Source: a virus. From it: a stretch of DNA of 64,000 nt. The translations under genes were made by a program, and so were the position numbers. Positions 1 to 8,928 of the stretch are shown in pieces. The notes beneath the pieces were generated by a model. It searched no databases, was not told where the DNA came from, and saw only the letters and a list, made by a program, of their open reading frames with translations. Position 1 is the stretch's first letter; each line of letters starts with the position of its first letter. The DNA is taken from IMG/VR virus record IMGVR_UViG_3300043777_000365, positions 1-64,000 of that record. One strand, 5' to 3'.

Positions 1-70
1 GGTTTCCAACTCCGGCTGCCTGGGGTCCACCGCCGGCTGCTGCCCGACCTGCCTCGCCGCCGCGGCGGCC

Positions 71-2482
71 TCACTCCTGCGTCGCAATGCCATGCGGCCC
101 ATCATGCCGCGCGGGCAGGAGGGACAGGCTGCGCTTGGCCGCGGGGGACTCCTTCTTCGCCCGGGGCTTCCTCGGCCGCGCCACCTTGAAGCCCGACCAG
201 TCGTGGCCCGGGAACGCCGCCACGAGCAGCCGCTCGGTCGCCGGCCACACCCGCCTGTTCCAGAGGTCCAGCCGGTCCACCGTCCCGTCGTACTGGCTCG
301 CCGGGACGATCCGCTTCGCCTCCGCGTCCACCACCACCCACTCCACCTTGATGCCCGCGTGCACCTCGTCGCCGGCCTCCTGCATCTGCTGGGCGATGCG
401 GGCCTGGATGGGCAGGGCGCTCCGCGTCCCGTCCTTCTTCAGCTTGGTCGCGTACTGGCCCACCTCGCGGTTCAGCCCCTTGCTCTGCTTCACCTCGTCG
501 AGCGAGAGCGCCTCCTCGAGCGCGTGCCGTCGGTGCCTGCGCACCACCTCCTCGTAGTCCTCCACCCGGTCCGAAGGCACCGGCACCTTGGCGACCTTGG
601 CGACCTTGAGCCCGCCGACGAGCAGGTCGATGACCTCCGCCTGCAGCCGCCTCGCGAGCAGCGCCGCGTCCCCGCGCTTGTACTCCATGCCCTTGATCTC
701 GGGCTTGCTGTCGGCGGTCGCCGGCTTGCCTTTGTAAAATTGGTAGGCCCCAACATATTTCTTTGCCGACGTGAACACGAGCCTCTCGAAGCTCTTCTCG
801 TACTCGATGGCGACGTCGCACCGGGCGCACCCCTGCGACGCGGTGAGCCGCGTGAACAGCTCCGCGTTGCACCAGGCGGCGAACTCCGCGAACGCCTCCC
901 GCGACCCTCCCGTGAAGTACACCCCGTCGGTGTCGATGTAGACGACCTTGAACCCGCGCTTGTCCGCCTCGGCCACGACCTGCTTGGTCAGCCACTCGCC
1001 CCCCTTGGTCACGGCCTCGTACACCTGCTTGTCGTACCAGCGCCCGCCCTCGAGCCCCGTGACCCCGGGGAAGCTGTTGACCACCACCTTGTAGGCCGTG
1101 CTGGTGGCGCCGGCCGCGTGCCACTCCGGCGTCCCCGGCGGCAGCGTCCCCTGCAGCTTGCGGCTCTCCTTGCGCAGCCCGCCCACCCGGAGCACCGCGC
1201 TCGCGAACATCCCGAGCGGCTCGCGCGCGAAGCACGTGCCCGTGATGGGGCTGCGGCACATCCCCTCCGGGATGGGTCCGTTGACCGGCCCGTCGCGCTT
1301 GGTGTCGGACCCGACGTTCCAGCTCGTGAGGATGGACGGGTACATGCCGGCGAAGTCGAGCACGTGCACCCCGCGCAGGATGCCGAGGCCGGGCTCGGGC
1401 TTCATCACGTAGGCGCCGGATTTCTTCTCCGCCTCGAGCGTCTCCCTCGCCTTCTTGGTGCCGAAGTGCACCCCCCGATCGCGCGCGAGCTGGAACATCA
1501 TCCCGTCCACGTGGCTGCTAGGGAAGAGCCCGTAGGTGTCCGGGAACACGTTGCAGAGCTCGCACACGCTGAAGTGCTGGTCGGCGTACTTCTTCTTGGC
1601 CTCGATCTTGGGCAGGAGGATGGTGTCCTGCGCGCAGTATCGCACCATCTCCTCGAGCCGGTCGCCGCCCGCCTGCCACGCCTCCCACGTGTGCTTCGCG
1701 TCGAACTTGTCCTTGCCCTCCCCCAAGACCGCCTGGGCGATGTTGTTCAGGGCGAGCGACTGCTTCTCCTCGCCGCTCTCGGCCGAGTGCATGTTCATCC
1801 GCTCGAACAGCTTCATCTGGTCGAGCCAGAGCCACTGCCGCAGCACCGCCGGATTCCACCCCGCGAGAGCGACCCGAGCCTTGATGACCTCGAAGTCGAA
1901 CTCCTCCCCGTTCCACGCGAGCACCTGGTCGTAGTCCTTGAGGACCGTGAACATCCCCCGCAAAAGCTCCCGCTCGTCGGCGTCCCGGTCCTCCTCGAGC
2001 ACCCCGGCCTCCACGACGCGCGGCGCGGCCCCGCCGGCCCCGTCGTCGGCCACGCACCACACCAGGATCCGCATCTCCTGCTTCCGGTGGAACGGGAGCC
2101 GGCTGTCGGTCTCGAGGTCGAGGTAGCAGCGCCGCGGCCGCTGCACCTTGAGGTCGGCCCGGTCCGCGAACAGCCGCCGCACCGGCGACACGTCCCCCTC
2201 GTGCACCTTGATCCCGAGCCGGTCGTAGCGGCCGACGATCTCCTTGCGGACCACCCATGACCGGCACCCAACCCGGAGCCACCCGGGCTCCTTGTCGTCG
2301 TACCAGCACCCGTCCTCCGCCCGTAGCTGCCGGAGCACCGAAGCCGTCAGGTCCTCCGTCCTGAGAAAGAAGCTGTACTCGGCGCGGGCCCGGACCTTCT
2401 CGACGACCCCGTCGTCCCTCCGGGTGAGCAGGACGACGTGGCCCCCGTCGACGAACGCGTTGACGACCGGGCGGGGGTTCAC
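71..2482 (-). CDS. polB: Family B DNA polymerase with 3'-5' exonuclease domain
   Basis: Exo motifs YLDLETD, WNGEEFDF and YCAQD; polymerase motifs DFAGMYPS, KVVVNS, YIDTDG and KKYVG. Confidence 0.95.
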   Translation of the reverse strand: MNPRPVVNAFVDGGHVVLLTRRDDGVVEKVRARAEYSFFLRTEDLTASVLRQLRAEDGCWYDDKEPGWLRVGCRSWVVRKEIVGRYDRLGIKVHEGDVSPVRRLFADRADLKVQRPRRCYLDLETDSRLPFHRKQEMRILVWCVADDGAGGAAPRVVEAGVLEEDRDADERELLRGMFTVLKDYDQVLAWNGEEFDFEVIKARVALAGWNPAVLRQWLWLDQMKLFERMNMHSAESGEEKQSLALNNIAQAVLGEGKDKFDAKHTWEAWQAGGDRLEEMVRYCAQDTILLPKIEAKKKYADQHFSVCELCNVFPDTYGLFPSSHVDGMMFQLARDRGVHFGTKKARETLEAEKKSGAYVMKPEPGLGILRGVHVLDFAGMYPSILTSWNVGSDTKRDGPVNGPIPEGMCRSPITGTCFAREPLGMFASAVLRVGGLRKESRKLQGTLPPGTPEWHAAGATSTAYKVVVNSFPGVTGLEGGRWYDKQVYEAVTKGGEWLTKQVVAEADKRGFKVVYIDTDGVYFTGGSREAFAEFAAWCNAELFTRLTASQGCARCDVAIEYEKSFERLVFTSAKKYVGAYQFYKGKPATADSKPEIKGMEYKRGDAALLARRLQAEVIDLLVGGLKVAKVAKVPVPSDRVEDYEEVVRRHRRHALEEALSLDEVKQSKGLNREVGQYATKLKKDGTRSALPIQARIAQQMQEAGDEVHAGIKVEWVVVDAEAKRIVPASQYDGTVDRLDLWNRRVWPATERLLVAAFPGHDWSGFKVARPRKPRAKKESPAAKRSLSLLPARHDGPHGIATQE

Positions 2483-2489
2483 CCACCCA

Positions 2490-3566
2490 TCATGCCTCGC
2501 GCTTGGCCGTCACCGTGAGCTTCATCTGCCCCGAGGGCATCCGGAGCACCTGGAAGACGAGCCGCACCCCGTTCGTCATGTCCAGCCACCCGTGCGGCAG
2601 GTCGTCGAGCTTCTTCGCCGGGACGAAGTCCCCGTGCTTGTCCTTCTTCGGGGCGTAGAGCGGCACCGTCGCCTTCTTCTCGAGCATCGTCGCGATGGCG
2701 AGCGAGTCCTTGGTCGGCTTCACCTCCGGCGCCTTCTTGGAGTTGCCCGCGCCGCCTTTGCCCGTTCGGCCCTTCGCGTCGTTCAGCTCCTTGGTGATCT
2801 GCTGGAGCTTGGCCCGGCTCGCCCCCGCCCGCGCCGCGTCCAGCACCTTGGCCCGGTGCTCCAGCGGGGCCTGCACCACGATGACGAGCCGGTTGATGCC
2901 AAACTCCTCGATGGTCGGCCGGTCGAACTCCCTCGCCGTCTTCAGCATGCGCTCGGCGTACGTGCGCGAGAACTCGAGCTCCTTGTTCGCGAAGTCCGAC
3001 CACGACTGGTAGAGCGGCGTCCCCTTGTCGTCGGTGCGCATCTTCCAGAGGTTCGAGTCGACGATCCTCCGGAACGTCATCGCGATGGCGTACATGCCGC
3101 GCGCCGCGTGGCTCTTGCCCTCGTTGATGACCGCGACCGCCTTGTCGAGCTGCTCCTCCGTCTGGGCCGTGGCCAGCCGCCCGTTGCCCCCCATCGCCTC
3201 GAGCGGGGCCCGCTCCACGTGGGCCATCGCGCGCGAGCTCGGGTCCGGCGGCTCCTCGCTCTCGGTGCCGCCCATCACGCTGCTCGGGGCGGAGCTGTCG
3301 TCGGCGGCCGCCTCCGCTCGGTCGTCGCTGCTCGTCTTCTCCTCCCGGTCCTCGTCCCCGCAGAACGGGCAGCTGCCGAGCTCCGTCGGCCACGGCCCGC
3401 CGCACACCGTGCAGTCGCCGACGTCGCCGTCGCTGTCGTTCAGCTTGGCCTTGAGAGCCTTCACCACCGTGGCGATGGTGCCGCCCGTCGGCACCTTGAA
3501 CTGCTTGGCGCTCCTCAGCACGAGCTTCTGGTCGATCTTCTTCAGGTCCACTCCGTCCGCGATCAT
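2490..3566 (-). CDS. Hypothetical protein with Zn ribbon and putative DNA-binding helical domain
   Basis: CTVC..CPFC; LYQSWSDFANKELEFSRTYAERML resembles phage HTH-like segments; ATGA overlap with the sigma-like gene. Confidence 0.6.
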   Translation of the reverse strand: MIADGVDLKKIDQKLVLRSAKQFKVPTGGTIATVVKALKAKLNDSDGDVGDCTVCGGPWPTELGSCPFCGDEDREEKTSSDDRAEAAADDSSAPSSVMGGTESEEPPDPSSRAMAHVERAPLEAMGGNGRLATAQTEEQLDKAVAVINEGKSHAARGMYAIAMTFRRIVDSNLWKMRTDDKGTPLYQSWSDFANKELEFSRTYAERMLKTAREFDRPTIEEFGINRLVIVVQAPLEHRAKVLDAARAGASRAKLQQITKELNDAKGRTGKGGAGNSKKAPEVKPTKDSLAIATMLEKKATVPLYAPKKDKHGDFVPAKKLDDLPHGWLDMTNGVRLVFQVLRMPSGQMKLTVTAKREA

Positions 3567-4231
3567 GGCGTTGCCTCCCGGGCCAGCCGGCCCAATCCCT
3601 GCTCAACCTCTCGCACGGCCTGCTCCACCGCGCGCACGCTTTGCCTGGGGCTCCTGAGCCCGTGGTCCGCCCGGGCCACCGGGTCGAACCAGAGGTCCAC
3701 CCCGGCCTCGACGACGTCGCCCCCGACGAGCATCCACACCCTCACCGCGTCGCGGTGCAGCGCCGTCGTCGACAGCCCCTCCAGCTGCGCCGCCACCTTG
3801 TCGTGGTCCACGCGCGCCTCCTGCTCCGGCTCCACGCTGGAGAACAGGTCGAACACCTCCGACTCGGAGAGCTCGCCGTCGGCGTTGACCCCGAGCGCCC
3901 CCATCGTGAGCGGGTGCCGGCTCGGCGCCTTGCCGTGCCTGGCCTTCCTTTGGCCGTGGATCCACTTCGCCGCCTTGTTGCACGCCGTCCAGCACACGAA
4001 CGTGGCGAGGGGGGTGCCCCGCGACGGGTCCCACCTGGCGACCCCTTGCCAAGCCCCGATGAGCATCTCCTGCCTCACGTCCTCGTCGCTGACCCCGGCC
4101 GGCAGCTGCCACCGGCCGAACATCTTGCCCGAGAGCCTGTCCCAATCTTCCCGGGTGTCCCTCGCGAACCTCGTGAACGTCGTCTCTTTGTGGTGCAGCG
4201 CGAGCAGCGCCGCCTCCAATCGCTTAGACAT
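3563..4231 (-). CDS. Sigma70-family RNA polymerase sigma factor (clear region 2, divergent region 4)
   Basis: DEDVRQEMLIGAWQGVARWDPSRGTPLATFVCWTACNK matches the sigma70 region 2.2-2.4 pattern EDLxQEGxIGLxxAVxxFDPxRGxxFxTYAxWxI. Confidence 0.8.
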   Translation of the reverse strand: MSKRLEAALLALHHKETTFTRFARDTREDWDRLSGKMFGRWQLPAGVSDEDVRQEMLIGAWQGVARWDPSRGTPLATFVCWTACNKAAKWIHGQRKARHGKAPSRHPLTMGALGVNADGELSESEVFDLFSSVEPEQEARVDHDKVAAQLEGLSTTALHRDAVRVWMLVGGDVVEAGVDLWFDPVARADHGLRSPRQSVRAVEQAVREVEQGLGRLAREATP

Positions 4232-4254
4232 TTACACCCTGCTTTCTTGGTCGG

Positions 4255-5048
4255 CCTCCACCTTCACTCTTGCTCCACCTTCACTCCGATTCGTTTGCCA
4301 TTACGACCCGTCGGCATCGGTGGCGAGGTGCGTGCTGCGTCCCGCCTCCACCTTCACTCCGATTCGTTTGCCATTACGACTCTTTCTGTTCGAATCCCGT
4401 TCGTCCTCCGGTCCTCCGGACTCACCATCCTCCACCTTCACTCCGATTCGTTTGCCATTACGACCCAGGAAGCGCGTGCGGGCCGCCGTGGGCCACGAGC
4501 CTCCACCTTCACTCCGATTCGTTTGCCATTACGACCGAGCAGCTGGTGCGCGAGGTCCGGCAGGCGAGCATCCTCCACCTTCACTCCGATTCGTTTGCCA
4601 TTACGACGCTCGGCGCCGTGGTCGACGCGCTCAAGGTTCTGAACCTCCACCTTCACTCCGATTCGTTTGCCATTACGACCACAAGGATGCGTTCTCGGAG
4701 GCGTACCACTCGTCGCTCCTCCAACTTCACTCCGATTCGTTTGCCATTACGACTTCCGCCGCACCGGGGACCTCCGCCGGCCCCAAGCTCCGCCTCCACC
4801 TTCACTCCGATTCGTTTGCCATTACGACCGAATCCAAGCGTTTCGTCACTTGGGCAAGTGCCCGCCTCCACCTTCACTCCGATTCGTTTGCCATTACGAC
4901 TTCGCGGTGCTCGCTTTGATCAAAGCGAGAGCACACCTCCTCCACCTTCACTCCGATTCGTTTGCCATTACGACCGTTGTCATGCCATCGGGAAGCTGGC
5001 GGGTTGGGGCGTCCTCCACCTTCACTCCGATTCGTTTGCCATTACGAC
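4255..5048 (-). CRISPR. CRISPR array: 11 x 36-bp repeats (GTCGTAATGGCAAACGAATCGGAGTGAAGGTGGAGG on minus strand), 10 spacers of 35-39 nt plus one of 48 nt included, and a truncated terminal repeat
   Basis: Repeats start at 4272, 4345, 4429, 4500, 4572, 4644, 4718 (1 mismatch), 4793, 4865, 4939 and 5013; partial repeat at 4255-4269. The degenerate end is on the left, so the leader is on the right. Confidence 0.98.
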
Positions 5049-5130
5049 CCGTCTCGCCAAAGGCGCAAAACACCGAGCACTTGCGAGGTGGTTCGCGAGC
5101 GGTCGGTTCGCAGGCCCGAGAGGGGAGGCT
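5049..5130 (-). promoter_or_regulatory. Putative CRISPR leader
   Basis: Non-coding, abuts the intact first repeat at 5048, contains two GCGAACC motifs on the minus strand. Confidence 0.5.
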
Positions 5131-5300
5131 CGGTGACGGTGGAGTGAAGGTATCCGGCGAGCCGGATGTCGCGGCAATCCCGAAGGAATCCCGCTTCGCG
5201 AGCGGAGACGGAGCTTATCCCGTCGCCCTCGCGCTCGCGCTGTGGAGTCAGCGCACCTAGCCACCACCGAAGCTCCCCAATCGGACCCGCGAACCATCGC
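5131..5300 (-). ncRNA. Putative tracrRNA (ends approximate)
   Basis: 11-nt anti-repeat at 5141-5151 (ACCTTCACTCC on minus, pairs with repeat GGAGTGAAGGT); hairpin 5237-5254 whose loop ACTCCA can pair with the repeat 3' end TGGAG; further hairpins such as 5152-5167. Confidence 0.7.
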
Positions 5301-5305
5301 CCACC

Positions 5306-5875
5306 TCACGCGTGCGCTTGCGCCGGCTCGTACTTGGCGAGCCGCTTCGCCAACTTCTCGTTCTCCTTCCTGAGCCGGCGCGCCTCCGATTCAAGCTCCT
5401 GCACCCTCGCCCGCAACTGCGACAGCTCGCCTACCTGGCGGATGGCCCCCGTCGACCCGGCTGGGGTCGACAACTCCTTGGCCCACGACTGAACCGTCTT
5501 TTCCGCCGGGGCCACGTTGTGCACTTCGAGGAATGCTCGAGCCTTGGCGGCGAACTGCTCAACGACCCCCTTGGTCGGCTCGTGCATCTTGCCCACCTGC
5601 ATCGTCCAGTGCGCCCCGTTGGCGAGCGCCTGCTCAATGCTGGTGCGCTCCACCCCCCGGGCGAAGTTCGCGTAGCGGTCGAACTCGCACAACTGGTTGC
5701 TCCGCACGAACTGCTCGAACGTCGAGCACCCGGCCTCACGCCACACGTCTTCCGCGTCCTCCTCCGCGCGCAGCAGGAAGGCGAAGAAATCCGCCTCTGC
5801 CCGCTCGCTCTTGAGTCGCAGCGCCTTTGCCGTCTCGACCAGCTCCTCGTACGTCATCTTTTTCTTGGTCACCAT
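5306..5875 (-). CDS. Hypothetical 189-aa protein with C-terminal coiled coil, inside the CRISPR locus
   Basis: Strong RBS GGAGGAGG; WREAGCSTFEQF motif; coiled coil LSQLRARVQELESEARRLRKENEKL. Confidence 0.75.
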   Translation of the reverse strand: MVTKKKMTYEELVETAKALRLKSERAEADFFAFLLRAEEDAEDVWREAGCSTFEQFVRSNQLCEFDRYANFARGVERTSIEQALANGAHWTMQVGKMHEPTKGVVEQFAAKARAFLEVHNVAPAEKTVQSWAKELSTPAGSTGAIRQVGELSQLRARVQELESEARRLRKENEKLAKRLAKYEPAQAHA

Positions 5876-7244
5876 TCGCCTCCTCCTTCGTCGTTACCGA
5901 TCGCAAACTCTCGGCCAGCTTCCGCTCCCGCTCGAACCTCTTCTCCCACGGGCCCATGTCCGCTCCACCCGATTGGAGCATCCACCAAGCGGCCACCCAG
6001 TCGGTCGGCCGCTCGAACACACATACCTTGCAGTGGAAGATGCCGGTTCGAACATTGTGGGCGCCCGCGTCGAGCGCCTTGCACCGGGGGCACTTGCTCG
6101 AGATGTACTCGCTGGGCACCTCGTCGAGACGCTTGCCTGTCTTCTCGAGTGCCGTCGCAACGCACTGCTTGAGTTGATATAGCGGACCGTGGTCGAGCAC
6201 ACGGCGGGTGGCCCGATCGTCCTCGACAATGCCGCCGTAGTCCTCGATGACCACCGACGCGCACCCGAGCTTGTCAGCCTGCGCTACGACGAACGCCGCT
6301 GCTTGCTGGCAGAACGTGTGGGTCACCCTCGCAATCTTGTCCTCGAGAGCGTCGTACGCCTCGTATCGACGCGACCGCCCATGGCCCTTGCTGCCCAACC
6401 CTCGCTCAAACTGTGACGTCCGCTTGATCTCCCGCGCCCTGGCCGAGAGCCGCCGGCGCTGAGCGAGGAGCTTCGAGCCTGGGAAGGCCATCCCTCGCTC
6501 ACCCGTCGACGCGAGCAGATAGAGCGCGTTGCGGGCGCCTCGATGCACGGCGAGCACCCGAGCGGGGTCGACCGGGACAGGTTCCGGACGCGGCTGCTTG
6601 TACGAGACGAGCGCGTACCATTTCCGCCGGCGCTCGTCGTACTGGAGCTTGGCGTCCGTGTACTCCCAAGCTTTGGAGGCCAGCGCGTCGACGACCTTTT
6701 CCTGCGCCCCCCAGCCGCGCATGACGGCGAACCGCACCGAGTTGTGCTTGCGGCCAGGCCTGAGGGTCAGCTCCAGGACGGTCCCTCGCTCGTCTCTGGC
6801 CAGATCGACGCCGGCCTGCCCGACGAGGATCCGCTTGCTGGAGAAGCGGGGGTTCCCTTGATCCCGCCGGCCATAAGCTTGGCATGCGGCGCGGGAGATC
6901 TTGGCCCCCATGTCTCCTGGGACCGAGAGGTCGCCAAACGGCCGGCCCTCTTTTTTCGCCGCCCACTCGCGCAGCTCCTCCACGGCGTGCATGACGGCCG
7001 GGTAGGTGAGCCCGTCCGCGCTGGCCGCCTTCACGGCCGGCGCGTACTCCAAGACCCTCCGGCGCAACGCCTCCGTCCCCACCACGCCCGCGGCCACCCG
7101 AGCCTCGAACGCCGCGTTGAGAAGCTTCGGGGTCGCGGCGGCGAGCTGCCGCAGCAACGGCCCCACCGTCTCCCAAGTGTCTGGAGCCAACGGCTTGACG
7201 ATCTCTAGCCGAACCGCCCGGATCAACACGTCGGCGGTGGTCAT
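5736..7244 (-). CDS. cas12f: Cas12f1-like (type V-F) effector with RuvC-I D-to-H substitution, predicted nuclease-inactive
   Basis: N-terminal RLEIVKPL..W...G..LRQL, KWYALVSY, GHGR..R, VVIED, YISSKCPRC..CKVC and DWVAA all parallel AsCas12f1; LAVHRG replaces GIDLG; adjacent array and anti-repeat. Confidence 0.88.
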   Translation of the reverse strand: MTTADVLIRAVRLEIVKPLAPDTWETVGPLLRQLAAATPKLLNAAFEARVAAGVVGTEALRRRVLEYAPAVKAASADGLTYPAVMHAVEELREWAAKKEGRPFGDLSVPGDMGAKISRAACQAYGRRDQGNPRFSSKRILVGQAGVDLARDERGTVLELTLRPGRKHNSVRFAVMRGWGAQEKVVDALASKAWEYTDAKLQYDERRRKWYALVSYKQPRPEPVPVDPARVLAVHRGARNALYLLASTGERGMAFPGSKLLAQRRRLSARAREIKRTSQFERGLGSKGHGRSRRYEAYDALEDKIARVTHTFCQQAAAFVVAQADKLGCASVVIEDYGGIVEDDRATRRVLDHGPLYQLKQCVATALEKTGKRLDEVPSEYISSKCPRCKALDAGAHNVRTGIFHCKVCVFERPTDWVAAWWMLQSGGADMGPWEKRFERERKLAESLRSVTTKEEANGDQEKDDVRGAGRDGKGAATQERAGRGGFLRLPAARGGGRGRRVA

Positions 7245-8828
7245 CTCACACCCTGCTCATGCGTCGCCTTGGACAGTTCCTGCTCTCGACCGTGCTCAAC
7301 GCACGCCCTCGCCAGCGCCTGCTGCGCCTCGGACTGCGCGGCGTTCTTGGGCCCGCCTTTGGCCAACCACACTCGGGCCAGGGCCCAAAGCGCGTCTTCG
7401 AGGCGCTCGGCCTTCGCGCTGCACACGACGAACTCCCCCTTGCCGTACGCCTTGGTGAACCGCTTCACGCTCGCGTGGAACTGCTCGCCCTGGTCGACCA
7501 CGATCCTGGCCACGTGGACCCCGGGCCCGCTCGGGTCATTCGCGTAGAACGCCGAGAGCGTCCTCGCCAGCTGCACCAGCAAAGCTTCTGCGCTCATCTC
7601 TCGTGCCCTCCTCCGTGAAACGCCTTGGTCAACGCCCCTTCCAAGCTCCAGTCGAAGTGCCACCGCCTCTGCTGCCCGACTTTGCACCTCCACACCTCGT
7701 GGATGCGGCGCTTGCCCTGCTTGAGCGCCGACCGCATCCACTCGGGCATGTCCTCGTGGATGGCGTCGAGGACGTAGGTCTTCGCCGAGTAGTTGTGCAG
7801 CTGCACCGCGTATGGGTTGTCGGCCACGTTCCGCAGGACCTCGTGCAAGCTCATGAAGCAATCCTCCCTCTGCTCTTCTCCGCGCAGACCGCGCACACGT
7901 GCTTCCCCAGCGCCGAGCTCCACGTCGGGTTGCGCTTGGGTAGCCCCTTGCCCTTGTGGGTCCGGACCCTCATCGTCGAGCTGCACTTCGGGCACGGCTC
8001 GTCGAGGCTCGCCCAGTAGTCCTTCGACCTCGCCTCCTTCTCGTCGACGTTGCGGAACGCGGCCTCGAAGGCCGGGCCCTCGCCCTTCACCTCGAACATG
8101 AGCCCGAGCGCCAGGCGCCCGACCGCGCAACGATGGAGGAACGGGGACTCCTTCTCCAGCCGCGTTTTCCGAACCATCGCGTTGGGGCCCCAACGCTTCT
8201 TCGCCTCCAGCAAGGCCTCTCGCGGGCTCACGGCCCCACCCGCTTGCGGCTCTCGAGCTCGGACTGGACCAGGTCCCTCGCCCTCGACTTGGCCGGCAAG
8301 GTCAGGAGCATCCTCGCCAGGGTCTCGTCGTCCACCCGCCGCATCCTCTCCCCCAGCTTCTTGAAAACGTCGTCGATGTCGCCCATCACCCAACCTCCTT
8401 TCGCGGCTCTTTGGCCGCCGTCTCCTCCAACAGGTCGATCACCCTCGCCACCTTCGCCGCCGCCCCCAAGAGGTCGGCGCGCGCGCGACTCTCGTCCCAG
8501 TTGTCCTTCACCTTGAGCCCGCACGCCCGGCACTCGTGCCCCGAGTCGTCGAGCTTCTCCGCCACCGAGTGCACCAGGTCGAACGCCCGGTGCAGCTTCT
8601 CCACGTCCTCGGGGTTCATCGCTTCCTCCACGGGGAGAACCCGCCACCGGACATCCACACGTCGAGCGCGTCCACCAGCTCGGCGAGTCGGAATCCGTAG
8701 TCAGCAAGGGAGCGATCTCGAGCCCCACCCTCACCGCTCCGAATGACCTTGTTGGCCAGCTCCAAGATCTGCCCCGCCAACTTCCTCTGCTCCTCTAGGT
8801 TCGCGTCGGGGTCCACGTCGAGGTCCAC
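7241..8828 (-). other. Cluster of about 6 small, translationally coupled hypothetical phage ORFs (approx. 7241-7597, 7594-7854, 7851-8231, 8228-8386, 8386-8619, 8616-8828)
   Basis: Chained ATGA/GTGA overlaps leading into cas12f; two ORFs carry CxxC motifs. Confidence 0.6.
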
Positions 8829-8928
8829 GTCGCACGTCCTTTCGTTGGGTTGGGGTCACCCGGTTGGAGAGGGGTCGGTGGCCCGGGCCCCCGACCACCC
8901 CTCCGTCCAGGTCCTTGCGAGGCTCCGC

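Noticed and set aside
4308-5012. Self-targeting spacers within this window
   Set aside because: By eye only short matches were found (e.g. 12-nt CCGGAGGACGAA near 53774), which could be chance at this GC; a proper alignment is still needed
4270-5260. ORFs spanning the CRISPR array
   Set aside because: They are translations of the repeats (LHLHSDSFAITT, PPPSLRFVCHYD)
5736-7244. IS200/IS605 TnpB transposon
   Set aside because: No tnpA or IS ends seen; the N-terminus is AsCas12f1-like and a CRISPR array with anti-repeat is adjacent
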